A stretch of 64,000 bases of DNA from Eledone cirrhosa (Eukaryota): NCBI GenBank assembly GCA_964016885.1, contig OZ024740.1:25110001-25174000 (forward strand). Reading direction: 5' to 3'. The position numbers were made by a program, and so were the translations under genes. Positions 63,176 through 64,000 of the stretch are shown piece by piece. Under the pieces are notes generated by a model. That model saw only the letters and a program-made list of their open reading frames with translations, made no database searches and was not told the DNA's origin. Every line of letters begins with the position of its first letter. Position 1 is the stretch's first letter.

Positions 63176-64000
63176 TGGGCAGTGAAAACGTGGTATCTAT
63201 ATAGCATCATTCTGAGTCAAAAGCTCATTACTGTGCCATAGTTGGGTAGAAGATTAATCCTTCTCTCGGTTTAAAGGTTTTGGCACTTGTTTAGGTTTAG
63301 CGAATTGAATTCCATTCTGGTGTAAGACATCAGATTAAAATTGGGGACTAAAATTGAAATAGGAATAGAAAAAAATATTGAATAAAGAACGAAAAATAAA
63401 AGGAAAATTAAGTAATGAGAAAATAGGGAAGGGGTAATGAGGGACAGATCTGGCTGTACGGAAAAGTAGAAGAAAGGACTATATAAGCCAACAATGAGAG
63501 GAAACGGTGAGGTGGGGCTAGAACTCTAGAGCCACAGAAGTGGGAAGAGGAGGGGTGATGGTCTCTGCGTCTAGAGCCCGGCCGGGTTGGGGTTGTGCCC
63601 CACGGACAAAGCCGCAAAAGCATTTCCAATGGCTAAGGTTCATTGTAGAACCTGTGACACTAGAAGACTGGATATCTTGGCTGAATCTTCGTAACAGAGT
63701 TGACTGTTCCTAAATGCACTGAAAACTCATATGGTGGGGCGGAATCGAGCTACTGATAAAGCTCCTTGAAATGTTAGTCCTTCCATCTGGCACCACGTGG
63801 GGGAATAGATATTGTGAAACTATTGTTAATGTTAATTGAGCTACATCAGCAATTCTTATTTCTGCATAATTTCCTTTTTTTTATTTAAAAAAATAACATA
63901 AAACAATATCATTATAATTTCATGTTATTTTCTCTGTTGTTCGTGTTACTGCATTTCAGATATTTATCACTAGACATATATTCCGTGACTACTGAATTCA

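Noticed and set aside
59780-64000. Short ORFs in the AT-rich right end
   Set aside because: No recognisable domains; consistent with intergenic or intronic DNA apart from the listed repeat remnants.

Overview
Eukaryotic, gene-poor, repeat-dominated DNA. The SINE families and microsatellite landscape suggest a cephalopod (octopus-like) genome, which is an inference. Bases 1-47162 are one TG-rich minisatellite (units TAGGGTGTATGTTGTGTGTG[TG], 20/22 bp) with kb-scale higher-order duplications; every His/Thr-rich and Cys/Val-rich ORF there is an artefact of the repeat. The remaining 17 kb has no recognisable host gene. It holds tRNA-derived SINEs, RTE-clade LINE fragments and a dense cluster of retro-insertions in (TA)n tracts at 50.5-59.7 kb. 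Highlights: (1) an RTE LINE copy (54007-55727) with dozens of sense-strand A-to-G changes at conserved RT motifs, consistent with an ADAR-hyper-edited RNA that was reverse-transcribed into the genome; (2) a non-coding ~880 bp element (55838-56714) with two direct repeats, each containing a type I hammerhead ribozyme, the predicted cleavage sites 551 nt apart (retrozyme-like); (3) a 5'-truncated Penelope-like element (probably Naiad type) with inverted, hammerhead-bearing pseudo-LTRs, which shares a terminal hairpin motif with the retrozyme-like element; (4) two RTE copies with twin-priming-type 5' inversions. All calls were made by eye, with no database searches.
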